Positions 13,647 through 32,614 of a stretch of 64,000 nucleotides of DNA are shown one piece after another. The DNA lies in contig OZ024740.1 of the NCBI GenBank assembly GCA_964016885.1, positions 113,212,001-113,276,000 on the forward strand, written 5' to 3'. Positions within the stretch are counted from its first letter, which is position 1. Each line of letters opens with the position of its first letter. This DNA comes from Eledone cirrhosa (taxonomy: Eukaryota). The notes beneath the pieces are model-generated. The model was not told the DNA's origin and ran no database searches. It saw only the letters and a program-made list of their open reading frames with translations. The translations under genes and the position numbers were made by a program.

Positions 13647-14460
13647 ATATATATATAGGTATATATCTTTATTATTTATTTTTATATATATATGTATGTG
13701 TGTATGTGTTGCGTGTATGTGTGTGTGTGTATATATCTATCTTTATATATGTGTATGTGTATGTTCGTGTAAGTGTATGTGTGTGTATGACTGTATATGT
13801 ATGTGTGTATGTGCGTATGCGTAAATATTTCTATGTGTGCGTACATGTATGTATGTGTATATATCTGTATGTGTATGTATATTACATTATATTTATTATA
13901 TTTTATTGTTTTATTTTTTTATTTTTCTTAATTTATAGATACATTTATATTAGACAGTTTGCTCAGACAGTTGAATACTGACCCCCCCCCTCCCACCTAA
14001 TTTCTGTATCTTGATCTAGAAATGTGTGTGCCAGTGTTTTATGTGAGTGAATTAATATCCATGTGCTTATGATTTTATATCCACATATATAAATGTGAGT
14101 GGGGGTGTGTGTGTGTGTTTGTATGTTCGTGGTTATGTGTATATTTATGCATATACGCGCGTGTATGTGTGATTGTACTGATATGTGTGAGTATGAAAAA
14201 ATATATTTATATACTTGATTTCATAAGTATCAATGCGCATCTTATCTGCGCATGTAGGCTCACAGAGACATTAACCTTGAAATTTCGTATTTGCATCCAT
14301 CCTTTTAGTATGCGTATACAAATTATACATACATTTTTGTAAAATATGTGTAAGGGTTTTACATGTATATACACACACCGAACTGCATTTAACCTTTTGT
14401 GTTTTCATTGGTCAATTTTGAACTGAAATTTTGAATTGTTGTTATTATCAATAAATATAC

Positions 14461-14615
14461 TTCATTATTTCTGAAGACGGCGTATATATGTGTTTGGTAT
14501 GTATATTTAATCTTGATAATTTGTATAATTTTGTATAATTTTGTACATAGATCTGTTGAATATGCATACCAATTATAACACATATATATCCTAGAAACGA
14601 TCGTTAAATAATGAA
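14461..14615 (+). ncRNA. Type I hammerhead ribozyme with long stem II (PLE-1 pLTR, right arm)
   Basis: Stem I TTCATTATTT/AAATAATGAA (10 bp), core CTGAAGA 14471-14477, stem II TATATATGTGTT/AACACATATATA plus TGGTATG/CATACCA, GAAA 14594-14597, palindromic stem III ACGATCGT, predicted cut after 14605 (GUU). Confidence 0.75.
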
Positions 14616-14660
14616 CTTTTTTTGTTTAATATAAGGAATTGTTTATTCATTATTTGTTTA

Positions 14661-14710
<50 letters not shown>

Positions 14711-15139
14711 GTATGACTATTTATCACTTAATCCTTCCACTGACTTGGGCCTAAACACCAACAGTAATACCAAACTAATATTACAAATAAAAACATCAAC
14801 TAGTGGTAGATATTTTCATGTCTGGTACCAAATCATTTTATTGAAAGAAAGGCCAAGTCAACCTTTTGTCGATTTGATCTCAGAACGAAATAAATTATTA
14901 ATATAAAATTAATAAAATAATAAAGATATTACAATATTAATGATAAATTCAGCGAAATGTAAAACATATATGAAGAATAAAACTAAACAAAATGAATGTT
15001 ATATTAGTTGAGAAAAAATATATGAGGAAATTTAAATTAAGGAAATAAATTATTTTACTTTTATTTCTCATATATATATTTATTTTATTAATGAAATAAT
15101 CTCAGTGGAAGGAATAAGTGATAAACATTCATATATTAT

Positions 15140-16502
<1,363 letters not shown>

Positions 16503-16531
16503 GTTATGTAATAAACAACATAAGATAATTA

Positions 16532-16595
16532 ATTCATTTACCAGTGGTTTCTTGAAGACAGATATTTATATCTGTCTTCAGTCGTCAGAACAAAT
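16532..16595 (-). ncRNA. Type I hammerhead ribozyme (inverted copy)
   Basis: Minus strand ATTTGTT-CTGACGA-C-TGAAGACAGATA(TAAA)TATCTGTCTTCA-A-GAAA-CCACTGG-TA-AATGAAT; stem I closes with two G-U pairs. Confidence 0.7.
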
Positions 16596-16619
16596 CCATA
16601 TTTATAAACATTCCATGTT

Positions 16620-16683
16620 ATTCATTCTGACGACTGCAGACAGATATAAATATCTGTTTTCAAGAAACCACTGGTAAATGAAT
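16620..16683 (+). ncRNA. Type I hammerhead ribozyme
   Basis: Stem I ATTCATT/AATGAAT, CTGACGA 16627-16633, stem II hairpin, GAAA 16664-16667, stem III ACC/GGT, GUA cut after 16676. Confidence 0.8.
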
Positions 16684-16776
16684 TAATTATCCTATGTTGT
16701 TTATTACATAACTAAAAAGCTCTGTAGCCTACATAGAACACTCTCTTTTCCTTTACCTTTCCTACGGAAATACTTC

Positions 16777-16820
<44 letters not shown>

Positions 16821-16984
16821 TTCTTTTTATTCCTTTTTCATTTCCCTCTCATAATCCCCCATTTCCTGCCACTCAGTTGCTCTCTACTTCTTGCCTTATG
16901 GTAAACATGGGCTTCATTTTAGGAAGTGGTTCAATTTTAGAGATTATTATAAGGTGGTGGCCGCGTTTAATGTTTAGCAGTATA

Positions 16985-17070
16985 TATTGGGTCGTCAAGT
17001 ATGAAATTTGTAGAAGTTAGTCGAAAAAAACAAAAAAATTTCTACAAATTTCATACTTGATGACCCAATA
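16985..17070. repeat. Short hairpin (MITE-like) element
   Basis: 31-bp arms TATTGGGTCGTCAAGTATGAAATTTGTAGAA / TTCTACAAATTTCATACTTGATGACCCAATA; related copy at 53017-53092. Confidence 0.75.
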
Positions 17071-17317
17071 GATTCGCCTGATTCCTGTGGTTAAAATCTG
17101 ATGGGATCACATTCGGTTTTCAACCCTCCATATTCGATAGCATAAGTACTAGATTTGCACAGTGATCCAATCAAAAGATTGTACCGTTTGACTATAACAT
17201 TTGCTTAGGAGTCTATATTAGAAGCCGTTATTATAATATTCATTTTTCTCTAAGAAAAATTCCTTTTCGTACATGCAACACACACAAACGCGTGCGCGCA
17301 CCCCCATACAAACACAC

Positions 17318-20646
<3,329 letters not shown>

Positions 20647-20753
20647 GGGGGAAAAGAATTTGAAATGCAATTGGAGTCTTTAATAAGGTTTATTTACAAT
20701 AACTGATGAATTAACCGGTTTCATGATTTTCCCAACATTATGTAAGTTGTAAG

Positions 20754-20866
<113 letters not shown>

Positions 20867-20867
20867 C

Positions 20868-20898
<31 letters not shown>

Positions 20899-20905
20899 CA
20901 TATTA

Positions 20906-21607
20906 TTATCCCAATAACTTATTTTAGTTATTGTATCGCCCTAGGTTGAGGTATATTGTCTGTAAAACGAAGAAGTACCTATGATGCCTAGTAGACAACT
21001 GATGATGGATATTCCTAACTTCTATTTCTAATTCTTCATTTTTTATACTTAAATGCAACAACACAGCTCGCCATTTTTTATTTATATATCCCCGTCGCTG
21101 TGACCTGTCTTTTTTCTCTTCCCTTGCAGCTATCCTCTTTCTCTCTCCCTCTTCTCTCTCTCTTTCTCCCTCTTACTTTCACTCACCCCCTCTGATAGTC
21201 ACCATCTCTCGGCTAGCCTCGTCCTCGCACTTTCACTTACTCACTCTCTGCTACTCACCCTCTCTCTCACTTCCTCCATCGTACCACACTGTACCCGGTC
21301 TTTCTTCTCGTTCACATCCGTACGGTTAAGATATGTCTTTGTTCTCCTCGTCAATATTCGCCTGTTCTTATGTTCGAAATGAATTATTGATTTGATTTTT
21401 TTCATTTTTCCTCTCTTTCCGTTGCCTCACCATTCGTGTCTGTTTACATGTCTTTCTCTTTCTCCACCCAACTCTTTTATCCCAATAACTTATTTCAGTT
21501 ATTGTATCGCCCTAGGCGGAAGTATATTGTCTGTAAAACGAAGAAATACCTATGATAACTAGTAGACATCTGATGATGGATATTCCTAACATCTATTTCT
21601 AACTCTT

Positions 21608-21611
<4 letters not shown>
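20906..21611 (+). mobile_element. Non-coding element with ~135-bp direct terminal repeats (partial tandem, 571-bp period)
   Basis: TTATCCCAATAACTTATT...TTCTAA-TCTTCATTT at 20906-21040 and 21477-21611; each has CTGATGA but no downstream GAAA; (TA)n-flanked. Confidence 0.65.
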
Positions 21612-21647
<36 letters not shown>

Positions 21648-21661
21648 TACCATATTTACTT

Positions 21662-21714
<53 letters not shown>

Positions 21715-21825
21715 TTGAAATAAAATGAAAACGAAATTTCATTTCTCACTCATAATACGGCACTTACTTAATTGTAAGTATGTATGTATACGTACATACA
21801 TATATGTATACAGACGCACAGTAGC

Positions 21826-21938
<113 letters not shown>

Positions 21939-22093
21939 CATACAGGTACACATACATATATGCACGTATCAGTTTAGCGGACGCTTATTATAACGCCGCT
22001 TTGTTCTTTGGTAAACAAACTGAACAGACTGAATTTATGCCATACGGTGTTAAGGCAACCACGTCACCTTTTTGTTCAACACTGACACAGGAA

Positions 22094-22134
22094 CGATGTA
22101 CTAGTTTCAAGCTTGTTAGGTATCATCAACACCG
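22094..22134 (-). ncRNA. Mutated hammerhead (family H)
   Basis: Core reads TTGATGA and stem II has a mismatch; probably inactive. Confidence 0.6.
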
Positions 22135-22450
22135 TATACCCTTCTGCCAGATAGTTGAAAGTTTGAAAGTATATACTTTCCTTATGAAAATTAACGGCTG
22201 AGCAGCCTAATTTGCATATCGAGTGAGTTAAATCGGTCAGGCATACCGAAAACGATAAGTTGAAATAAAATGAAAACGAAATTTCATTTCTCACTCTTAG
22301 TAGGGCACATACTTAAATGTAAGTATGTATCGTTTTCGGTATGCCTGACCGATTTAACTCACTCGATATGCAAATTAGGCTGCTCAGCCGTTAATTTTCA
22401 CAAGGAAAGTATATACTTTCAAACTTTCAACTATCTGGCAGAAGGGTATA

Positions 22451-22491
22451 CGGTGCTGATGATAGCTAACAAGCTTGAAACTAGTACATCG
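22451..22491 (+). ncRNA. Minimal type I hammerhead ribozyme (family H)
   Basis: CGGTG-CTGATGA-T-AGCT(AACA)AGCT-T-GAAA-CTAG-TA-CATCG; palindromic CTAG loop III; GUA cut after 22486. Confidence 0.85.
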
Positions 22492-22642
22492 TTCCTGTGT
22501 CAGTGTTGAACAAAAAGGTGACGTGGTTGCCTTAACACCGTATGGCATAAATTCAGGCTGTTCAGTTTGTTTACCAACGAACAAAGCGGCGTTATAATAA
22601 GCGTCCGCTAAACTGATACGTGCATATATGTATGTGTACCTG

Positions 22643-22771
<129 letters not shown>

Positions 22772-23007
22772 GCTACTGTGCGTCTGTATACATATATGTA
22801 TGTACGAATACATACATACTTACATTTAAGTAAGTGCCGTACTAAGAGTGAGAAATGAAATTTCGTTTTCATTTTATTTCAACTTATTGTTTTCGGTATG
22901 CCGGACCGATTTAACTCATTCGATATGCAAATTAGGCTGCTCAGCCGTTAATTTTCATAAGGAAAGTATATACTTTCAAACTTTCAACTATCTGGCAGAA
23001 GGGTATA

Positions 23008-23048
23008 CGGTGCTGATGATAGCTAACAAGCTTGAAACTAGTACATCG
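23008..23048 (+). ncRNA. Minimal type I hammerhead ribozyme (family H)
   Basis: Same sequence as 22451-22491. Confidence 0.85.
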
Positions 23049-23456
23049 TTCCTGTGTCAGTGTTGAACAAAAAGGTTACGTGGTTTCCTTAACACCGTAT
23101 GGCATAAATTCAGGCTGTTCAGTTTGTTTACCAACGAACAAAGCGGCGTTATAATAAGCGTCCGCTAAACTGATACGTGCATATATGTATGTGTACCTGT
23201 ATATATATATATATATACATGCTACTGTGCGTCTGTATACATATATGTATGTACGTATACATACATACTTACATTTAAGTAAGTGCCGTACTAAGAGTGA
23301 GAAATGAAATTTCGTTTTCATTTTATTTCAACTTTTCGTTTTCGGTATGCCTGACCGATTTAACTCACTCGATATGCAAATTTGGCTGCTCAGCCGTTAA
23401 TTTTCATAAGGAAAGTATATACTTTCAAACTTTCAACTAACTGGCAGAAGGGTATA

Positions 23457-23497
23457 CGGTGCTGATGATAGCTAACAAGCTTGAAACTAGTACATCG
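23457..23497 (+). ncRNA. Minimal type I hammerhead ribozyme (family H)
   Basis: Same sequence as 22451-22491. Confidence 0.85.
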
Positions 23498-23648
23498 TTC
23501 CTGTGTCAGTGTTGAACAAAAAGGTGACGTGGTTGCCTTAACACCGTATGGCATAAATTCAGGCTGTTCAGTTTGTTTACCAACGAACAAAGCGGCGTTA
23601 TAATAAGCGTCCGCTAAACTGATACGTGCATATATGTATGTGTACCTG

Positions 23649-23697
<49 letters not shown>

Positions 23698-23744
23698 GCT
23701 ACTGTGCGTCTGTATTCATATATGTATGTACGTATATATACATA

Positions 23745-23791
<47 letters not shown>

Positions 23792-23795
<4 letters not shown>

Positions 23796-26090
23796 TCCAG
23801 GATTTACTTGTGCCCTCGGACAAAGCTGGTAATGTATACATGCTTGACCCTTTTACATATAACGACTGCCTCGGGAAAGAGATTAGGAAAAACAATAGGA
23901 CCACAGGACAGACAAATTTAGATAATATTAACGCCACGACAAAAAGTATACTGACGGGGCTAGGACTACATGATAGGACCGAGGTATATGTTCCTAGGAA
24001 ACCACGGATATCTATTAAGGACCATAAATTAGACTTTAAAACAAAACTACCGGTTAGGTTAATAGCACCCTCCAAATCTGACCTAGGCAGGACCAGCAAG
24101 AATATTATAGATAGGATACTACCGGTACTTAGAAACCAAACTAAGCTTAGCCTATGGACCTCCACTGAGGAGGTAATTGACTGGTTCTCGTTAATACAAA
24201 CAACAAGTACATTTTATTTAGTTAGACATAGATAGTTATTACGCGTCAGTATCTCCGATACTAGTCAATAAGGTCCTCATAAGCGCCATGGCCAGATCTA
24301 GCCTCACTAGGGACAAGACCAACCTCATAGTAGCAGCCAGAAAGACGCTAATTAGATTCGAAGACAAGTTATGGGAGAGGAGGGACAGACTCGACAGTTT
24401 CGATATCAGCATGGGGTCGAGTGACTCGGCGCAGGTGACCAACCTTGTGGGGATATATCTCATCCATAGGCTAACGGAGGAGATCCCGAGGATCGGAGGT
24501 GGAATATACAGAGACGACGCACTTTTCACCTTCAGTTCCCTTAACCCCAGTCAGATAGAGCGTATGAGGAAGCGCATATAGCATTTTTTTAAACAACACG
24601 GCTTATCCGTGACAATAGACCCTAGCACTAAGACGGGCAATTTCCTGGACGTTACCTTGGAAATGAATACGGGCATCCACAGACCGTACCATAAGCCCAA
24701 AGAAAACCTGCAATATGTGAACAGGCAATCGAATCACCCTAAGTCAGTCATAGAAGCCATAGTTAAAGGGGTATCCAAACGCGTATCCACCCTGTCATCG
24801 AACGCAGAAGTGTTTAAACAGCATGCCAAATATTATAATGAGGCACTGTGCAGGGCCGGTTACACAGACACCATAATATATACCCCCGGACAGAGTAGAG
24901 CCAAGTAATGAGGCGTGCAGAAATGCCAATAGCGGGGGCGCCTCCGTAGAAGAACTGACACGGTAGCAGTATCCAGGAACACAAATAGTAACACAATTAG
25001 CATTAATGACGCAGGACCGACCGGAGGTAGGACAAAAGCACCCATAGGGGCAAGACCACCCAGTACGCGGAGGCATTGGCCTGGCAAGCACACTGCATGC
25101 TCCGCAGCAACTGGGAGCAGGGACAGGACATCGACAAATACGGACGGGGAACACGCGAGGGAGCACGCCCATTCTGGCTGTAGTGGTACAACACCGACAG
25201 CAGCATCACATAGACCTAAGGGGAATAGACTTATAGCTGACCACATAGAACGACGTAACTTTATAACTGTAGTGCATAATCCCGACGCCCATAGCGGGCA
25301 AATAGATAGAGACAACACACGGGATGTAATTGTGGTTGGGCCGAGCACAGGACGGACATCGAGTCCTGGATACACCGACAAGAATCCACGCACACGAAGG
25401 AACAGATCTAAGGCCGTTACTTGGTTTAATGAGCCTTACTCCAAACATGTACGCACCAACGTGCCAGAACCTTTTTTCCGAGCGTTGGATGAGTGCTTTC
25501 CGCCGAACAAGTACCACAAAATCTTCAACCCCCACACGGTGAAGTTTTCCTTCTCCACAGCACCTAATATGGTCGACTACATGGCTAAAACTAACGCGGT
25601 GAAGATGGCGCACACTGGCCGTCAACCGCGGCGACAGAGTGACCGTCTTTCGGAGCGTGGAGAACCACCCAGGGACCTGCCCTCAAATGACAACCAGGCC
25701 CCCGAGGCTACCAGAGCGCCCGCGGAGGGTGATGTGGTCCAAGGCCGAGAGGGAAATAGTGGCATGGAGGAGACAACAGTGTCGGTGGTACAACACCCTG
25801 AGAACCTTGAGAGCGCCATAACAGATCGAGGCCCGGACATCGGATGCATAAGAACTGACAACAGAACTTGTAACTGCAGAGCGGGCACTCGGTGCCCCCT
25901 ACAGGGAAAATGCCTGGTGAAGGACCTAATATACAAGTGTGTGGTTACAACCCAAAACGCGCATCGCACCTACATCGGCGCAACATCCACGACCTTTAAA
26001 TCGCAGATGTATAATCACACGAATTATTTCAGGGACCGTAGCAAAAGGCACTTCACTAGGTTAGCGGACCTGGTGTGGGACCTGAGAAGA
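23792..26090 (+). pseudogene. Disrupted PLE RT/GIY-YIG ORF
   Basis: SDKAGN, MGSSDSAQV, IYRDD, NFLDVTL, WFNEPYS, CNCRAGTRCPLQGKC, LIY..TYIG in split ORFs 23696-24235, 24288-24581, 24609-24908, 25272-26204; similarity is lost after LADLVWDL. Confidence 0.9.
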
Positions 26091-26562
26091 TGCACATTTG
26101 CAGCATGGAATCCTCCGGGTGGCGCAGGCCGGGGCATGGGAACGGGTACACACAGACCCGAGCAGACCAACGGGATTAGGGGACCTGACGCCAAGCCCCG
26201 ATGACAGTATGCGACCCGTGAGGCAAACATATGTAAACCAGAGGCGCACCTGACCGAGTACACAACATTGGAAGATACATCGCCTGGGCCGGGAGCGGCT
26301 AACACGGGGCTCACGGCCGCCCGGTCCAATACCCCAAACATAGAACAGCACACACCAGCCACGGTGCCATGCCTCATGGTGACCGGGCCGGTTTTGTTTA
26401 TATATGTATATGTGGAAACATGTGTATGTAAGCAAATATGCATATGTACAGGTGTCTGCATGTGGCAGTCCGTGTGCGTATGTATATGTAGATGTATATA
26501 TGTTTGCATGTGTATATGTATGTATATGTGTAGGTGTGCATATGCATGTAGGGTTTTTTCCG

Positions 26563-26593
<31 letters not shown>

Positions 26594-26662
26594 ATGTATG
26601 TGTGTATGTAAATTTTGTGTACGTATGTGTATTTTGTATGTATGTATGTGCATGAGTGTATA

Positions 26663-26721
<59 letters not shown>

Positions 26722-26724
26722 ATG

Positions 26725-26764
<40 letters not shown>

Positions 26765-27346
26765 CGCGTGTGTATGAGTGTGTATATATATAAATGAATA
26801 TAAGATTGTGCGTAGGTATGTGTGCGCGCGTGTATGTGTGTGTATACGTGTATGTTTGTGTGGGCCGTGCTTGTGGAACCGGATATATGGCGCGACTTAA
26901 GCAGCTGATAAAACGCTTGTGGCGGTATGTATCTAGAAGTGGGTGTGCCTGGGTCCGTGGAAGTGAGGGAGAACGTGTGTGTGTATATATACATATATGT
27001 ATATAAGTGTGTGTGTGTGGGGGGGGGTCTACGCATGTGTGCTTAAGTGTGTGTATGCACGCATGTGTCTGTGTCTGCCAGTGTGTGTACATGTATGTGT
27101 GTATTCGTATGTGTGGGTGCTTGCTCTGGAGTGTGAACAGACGTGTGAGATACTGAACCCAGCATGACTCCATTGAAGTGTGTCGGACGGAAAATGGCTG
27201 ATGACCCGTGTAGCAGTAAATACTGACCAGAACTTAAGATGACGTGGAGTAACAACAACCAATGGCATGACAAGAGTGGAAGAGTTTTTGAGGGTGTTTT
27301 TTTATGATAACACCCCAGTGATAAAATTTGCTCCGAACGAAATACC

Positions 27347-27427
27347 CGTGCCTGAAGGAACCTGCAGCCGTAGATCCATACAGGGACCATGTCTCGAGCT
27401 ACCTGCCGCCGAAACAATTGTAACACG
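27347..27427 (+). ncRNA. Degenerate hammerhead (PLE-2 pLTR)
   Basis: CGTGC-CTGAAGG...GAAA-CAATTG-TA-ACACG then AATAAA (27429); core A9>G and poor stem II. Confidence 0.5.
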
Positions 27428-27587
27428 CAATAAATTGAGTCCAGATACATGACTGTTTTTCGTTTTCTTTATACTATCTACACTCTACTTTGCTGAATAT
27501 TGAGTGCTAATTTTGGCATACCACCCATGGAAGCACCATAGCTACCATTATACACAAGTATATATATGTATATATATATATATATAT

Positions 27588-29716
27588 AAATTACACAATT
27601 ATCAAAGTTATGTTCAAATCATTTAATTGCTGAGAATCGTTTCTTCCGAACTTTCGTTTGTAATCATCGGACCATTATCAATGTTTGTACATATAATTAA
27701 CCTCCTATTCAACTGAACAATCATATAGATACATATATATTGATGTTGTGAGTAACAGTTTCGTATTTACAGGGTGTAATGGATGCGACATATATTATAC
27801 GAAAATTGTACAAAAATTCAAATTAAAATTAAAAGCACAGAGTAGAATACGTGCGACAGATAATACAAGAGAATAGTCTAATAATTGAAGAGGCATTGAG
27901 AAAGAATGAGGAAATAAGCAGTACATATGCAAGCGTGTAGAAAGTGCACCTGCGTTAGTCATATATATGAGAAGGAAATAAGCAAGGGTATTAGGCATAT
28001 ATAGATAAATAAATAAATACTGTATGGCAAGCAAATGTGTTAATGTATTAAAATTTATGGCGGATGTAATGAGATGATAGTGTTCACATTTGTGTGTGTT
28101 GAGAAAATCAAAGTTATTGTAGTCTTTTCCATTACATATGTTAAATTATATTTTAGGTTTATATTGAATGTTTTAAGTTAGTTACAGCAATGGATTGTAA
28201 ATTGGTCTTATTGTATTCTTATTCATGGATTAGAGTTGTTCAACAGGTAGTTTTTCCAACGGTTTAATTTCCGGAAGTGAGTATGAGTTCCAAGATTAAG
28301 GGGAGCTAATGCGTAAGGGGAGGTAACTAGCTAATTAAATTAAATTAAAATATATAGGAATATCAATTATTTAAATTCTTTGCTCTAATACACATTATAT
28401 TGTGATACAAGCGAATCTCTATTACATAATGTTAGATATTTATATTTAATTTTAAATACAGTGTATTTTCCTATAATACATTAAAAGTTTCATTAGATTG
28501 TTATGTATCCATTACTGGACAAGATATAAGTTATGGAAAAATGTATAGCTGTTTACATGTCTAATTAGTTAGATCAATTGTGTAATAATTATATTGTGTT
28601 AAAAGTTAATCCCTTATATACAATGCTATTAATTTATATATTTAATTATAAATGCATATATACTTTATTATTATTATATTACTTTCCAGCATAGTTACGT
28701 CCTTTTACGATTTGAGTTCAAATCCCGCCGAGGTTGACTTTGCCTTTCATCCTTACGGGATCGATAACATAAAGTACCAGTAATGCACTGGGTAATTGCT
28801 GGCCTTGTGCCTAAAGTAGAAACAATTATTATTATATTGTGTTAACAGTTAATCCCTTATATACAATGCTATTAATTTAAATATTTAATTATAAATGTAT
28901 ATATAATTTATTTGCCTTTCATCCTTACGGGGTCGATAAAATAAAGTACCGGTAATGTACTGGGTTATTGCTGGCCTTGTGCCAATAGTAGAAGCAATTA
29001 TTACATGTTACATTAAATGTCTCTACATATTATATATCCATTATTGTATATAATATAATTAAGCTATAGTAGTTATATTAAAAGGTGGTAACTTTATGTT
29101 TATTTCTAATAGTTATTGTAGAGTATAAGGTTACAGATAACTGGAAGTTGTGTAGAGGAAAGAGCTGATCAAAGAGTGTGTTGCTGTGGGGCTGATAAGT
29201 CCTAGAGGTGAAGTGTTAATGGTGGTGAGAAATTCCAATCTGACATTGTTATATACTAGCAGCTAGGTTTAAAGTTATGGAACGAGCGTCGGTAGTGGTG
29301 CTTGCATGAGGAAAATATCTCCGATTTTCTATTTAGGAGGTCTAGTTTCGAAAACAGGTCTCTAGAAGTCAGAGGTTAAACAATTTATTCGGTGGTTTAT
29401 ACGATGTCGCCCTACCTACTACTTCCCTTTGAAGTATATATGGTCTATTTCCAGTTATCAGAGAGTGTATGTAGCTAGATAAATATATGTAGCTAGATAA
29501 CTAAAGTTTGGAAGAAACGATTTTCAGCAATTAAATGATTTGAACATAATTTTGATAATTGTCTAATTTATTTTCCTACTCTGTAAAACACCTGATGTTC
29601 TTACATTGACCTATTTCTCTTACTGGTAATAAGGTAGTTGGAAATTACAGACCTTTCCTGTTTATAGTTGTTTATAGTATATACATAACTATAAAAAGTA
29701 TCATTATTATCATGTT
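27588..29716 (-). mobile_element. Truncated PLE-4 with inverted pLTRs
   Basis: Minus-strand pLTR at 27588-27797; minus-strand endonuclease C-terminus ~29260-29480 (EVVGRATSYKPPNKL..LLNRKSEIFSSCKHHYRRSFHNFKP); inverted plus-strand pLTR 29503-29716 carrying the tail. Confidence 0.72.
28686..29001 (+). mobile_element. tRNA-derived SINE plus partial duplicate
   Basis: GAGTTCAAATCCCGCCGAGG...TTTGCCTTTCATCCTTACGGG...AAAGTACCAG; ~80-bp flank duplicated at ~28588 and ~28831. Confidence 0.8.
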
Positions 29717-29720
29717 TTGA

Positions 29721-29866
29721 AGCATAGAGTTACGTCCCTTTATGATCTGAGTTCAAATCCCGCCGAGGTTAACTTTGCCATTCATCCTTACGGGGTCGAT
29801 AAAATAAAGTACCAGTAATGTACTGGGTAATTGCTAGCCTTGTGCCTAAAATAGAAACAATTATTA
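29721..29866 (+). mobile_element. tRNA-derived SINE (5'-truncated)
   Basis: B box and shared body as in 54583-54772. Confidence 0.8.
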
Positions 29867-29877
29867 TATATATATAT

Positions 29878-32120
<2,243 letters not shown>

Positions 32121-32124
32121 ATAT

Positions 32125-32186
<62 letters not shown>

Positions 32187-32479
32187 GTGGTGGAGGGTAG
32201 GTAGTTAGGTAGGTAGATCATGGAAGACACGGATAAAAATGTTGAAAGTGGCAAATCTTTTGTAAGAATACCTTGACAATATTCTCAGATCTATGTATTG
32301 TTATTTAGTTGCGAAACTGGGTTATCGTTTTACGTGTCTTTTCCAGGATTTGCATAAGTTACACGACGCCAGGAAAATATACCGCTTTCAAAGGCATTAA
32401 ACGACAGATGATGGATAAATCGACTGGACTAGACGCTATATGTCGCAGAGCTAACCTGTAGCTGCTGTTAGCATTCGGT

Positions 32480-32614
32480 TGTAGAGAAGAGAACTTGAGA
32501 AACATACAATGAAGTGTCTTGCCGAATGACACAACGCGTCAGCCGGTCTGGTAAAAAAACCAACAACCTTATGATAGTGATTCCAACACCCTAACCACTA
32601 CGGCACACACCTGC
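32480..32614 (-). mobile_element. Second tRNA-derived SINE family, degenerate
   Basis: Minus strand begins GCAGGTGTGTGCCGTAGTGGTTAGGGTGTTGG (A-box-like); related to 51040-51200. Confidence 0.55.

Larger units (their letters stand above)
2685..14669. repeat. ~12 kb inverted repeat; arms 2685-8782 and 8790-14669; loop AGGTCAC (8783-8789)
   Basis: ...TAGGGTAGAATCA-AGGTCAC-TGATTCTACCCTA...; ORF coordinates are symmetric (6631+10941 = 8769+8803 = 17572); mirrored ORFs continue to 2771/14583. Confidence 0.97.
8790..14669 (+). mobile_element. Penelope-like element PLE-1, right (inverted) arm lacking the ~135-nt tail
   Basis: Mirror of the left arm; runs into (TA)n at 14669. Confidence 0.9.
23792..27560 (+). 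mobile_element. Penelope-like element PLE-2, 5'-truncated, GC-richer family
   Basis: Disrupted ORF, TG/TA-rich 3' region, terminal hammerhead-like motif plus AATAAA, (TA)n at both ends. Confidence 0.85.

Noticed and set aside
27198-27235. CTGATGA in the PLE-2 3' region
   Set aside because: No suitably placed GAAA or stems.
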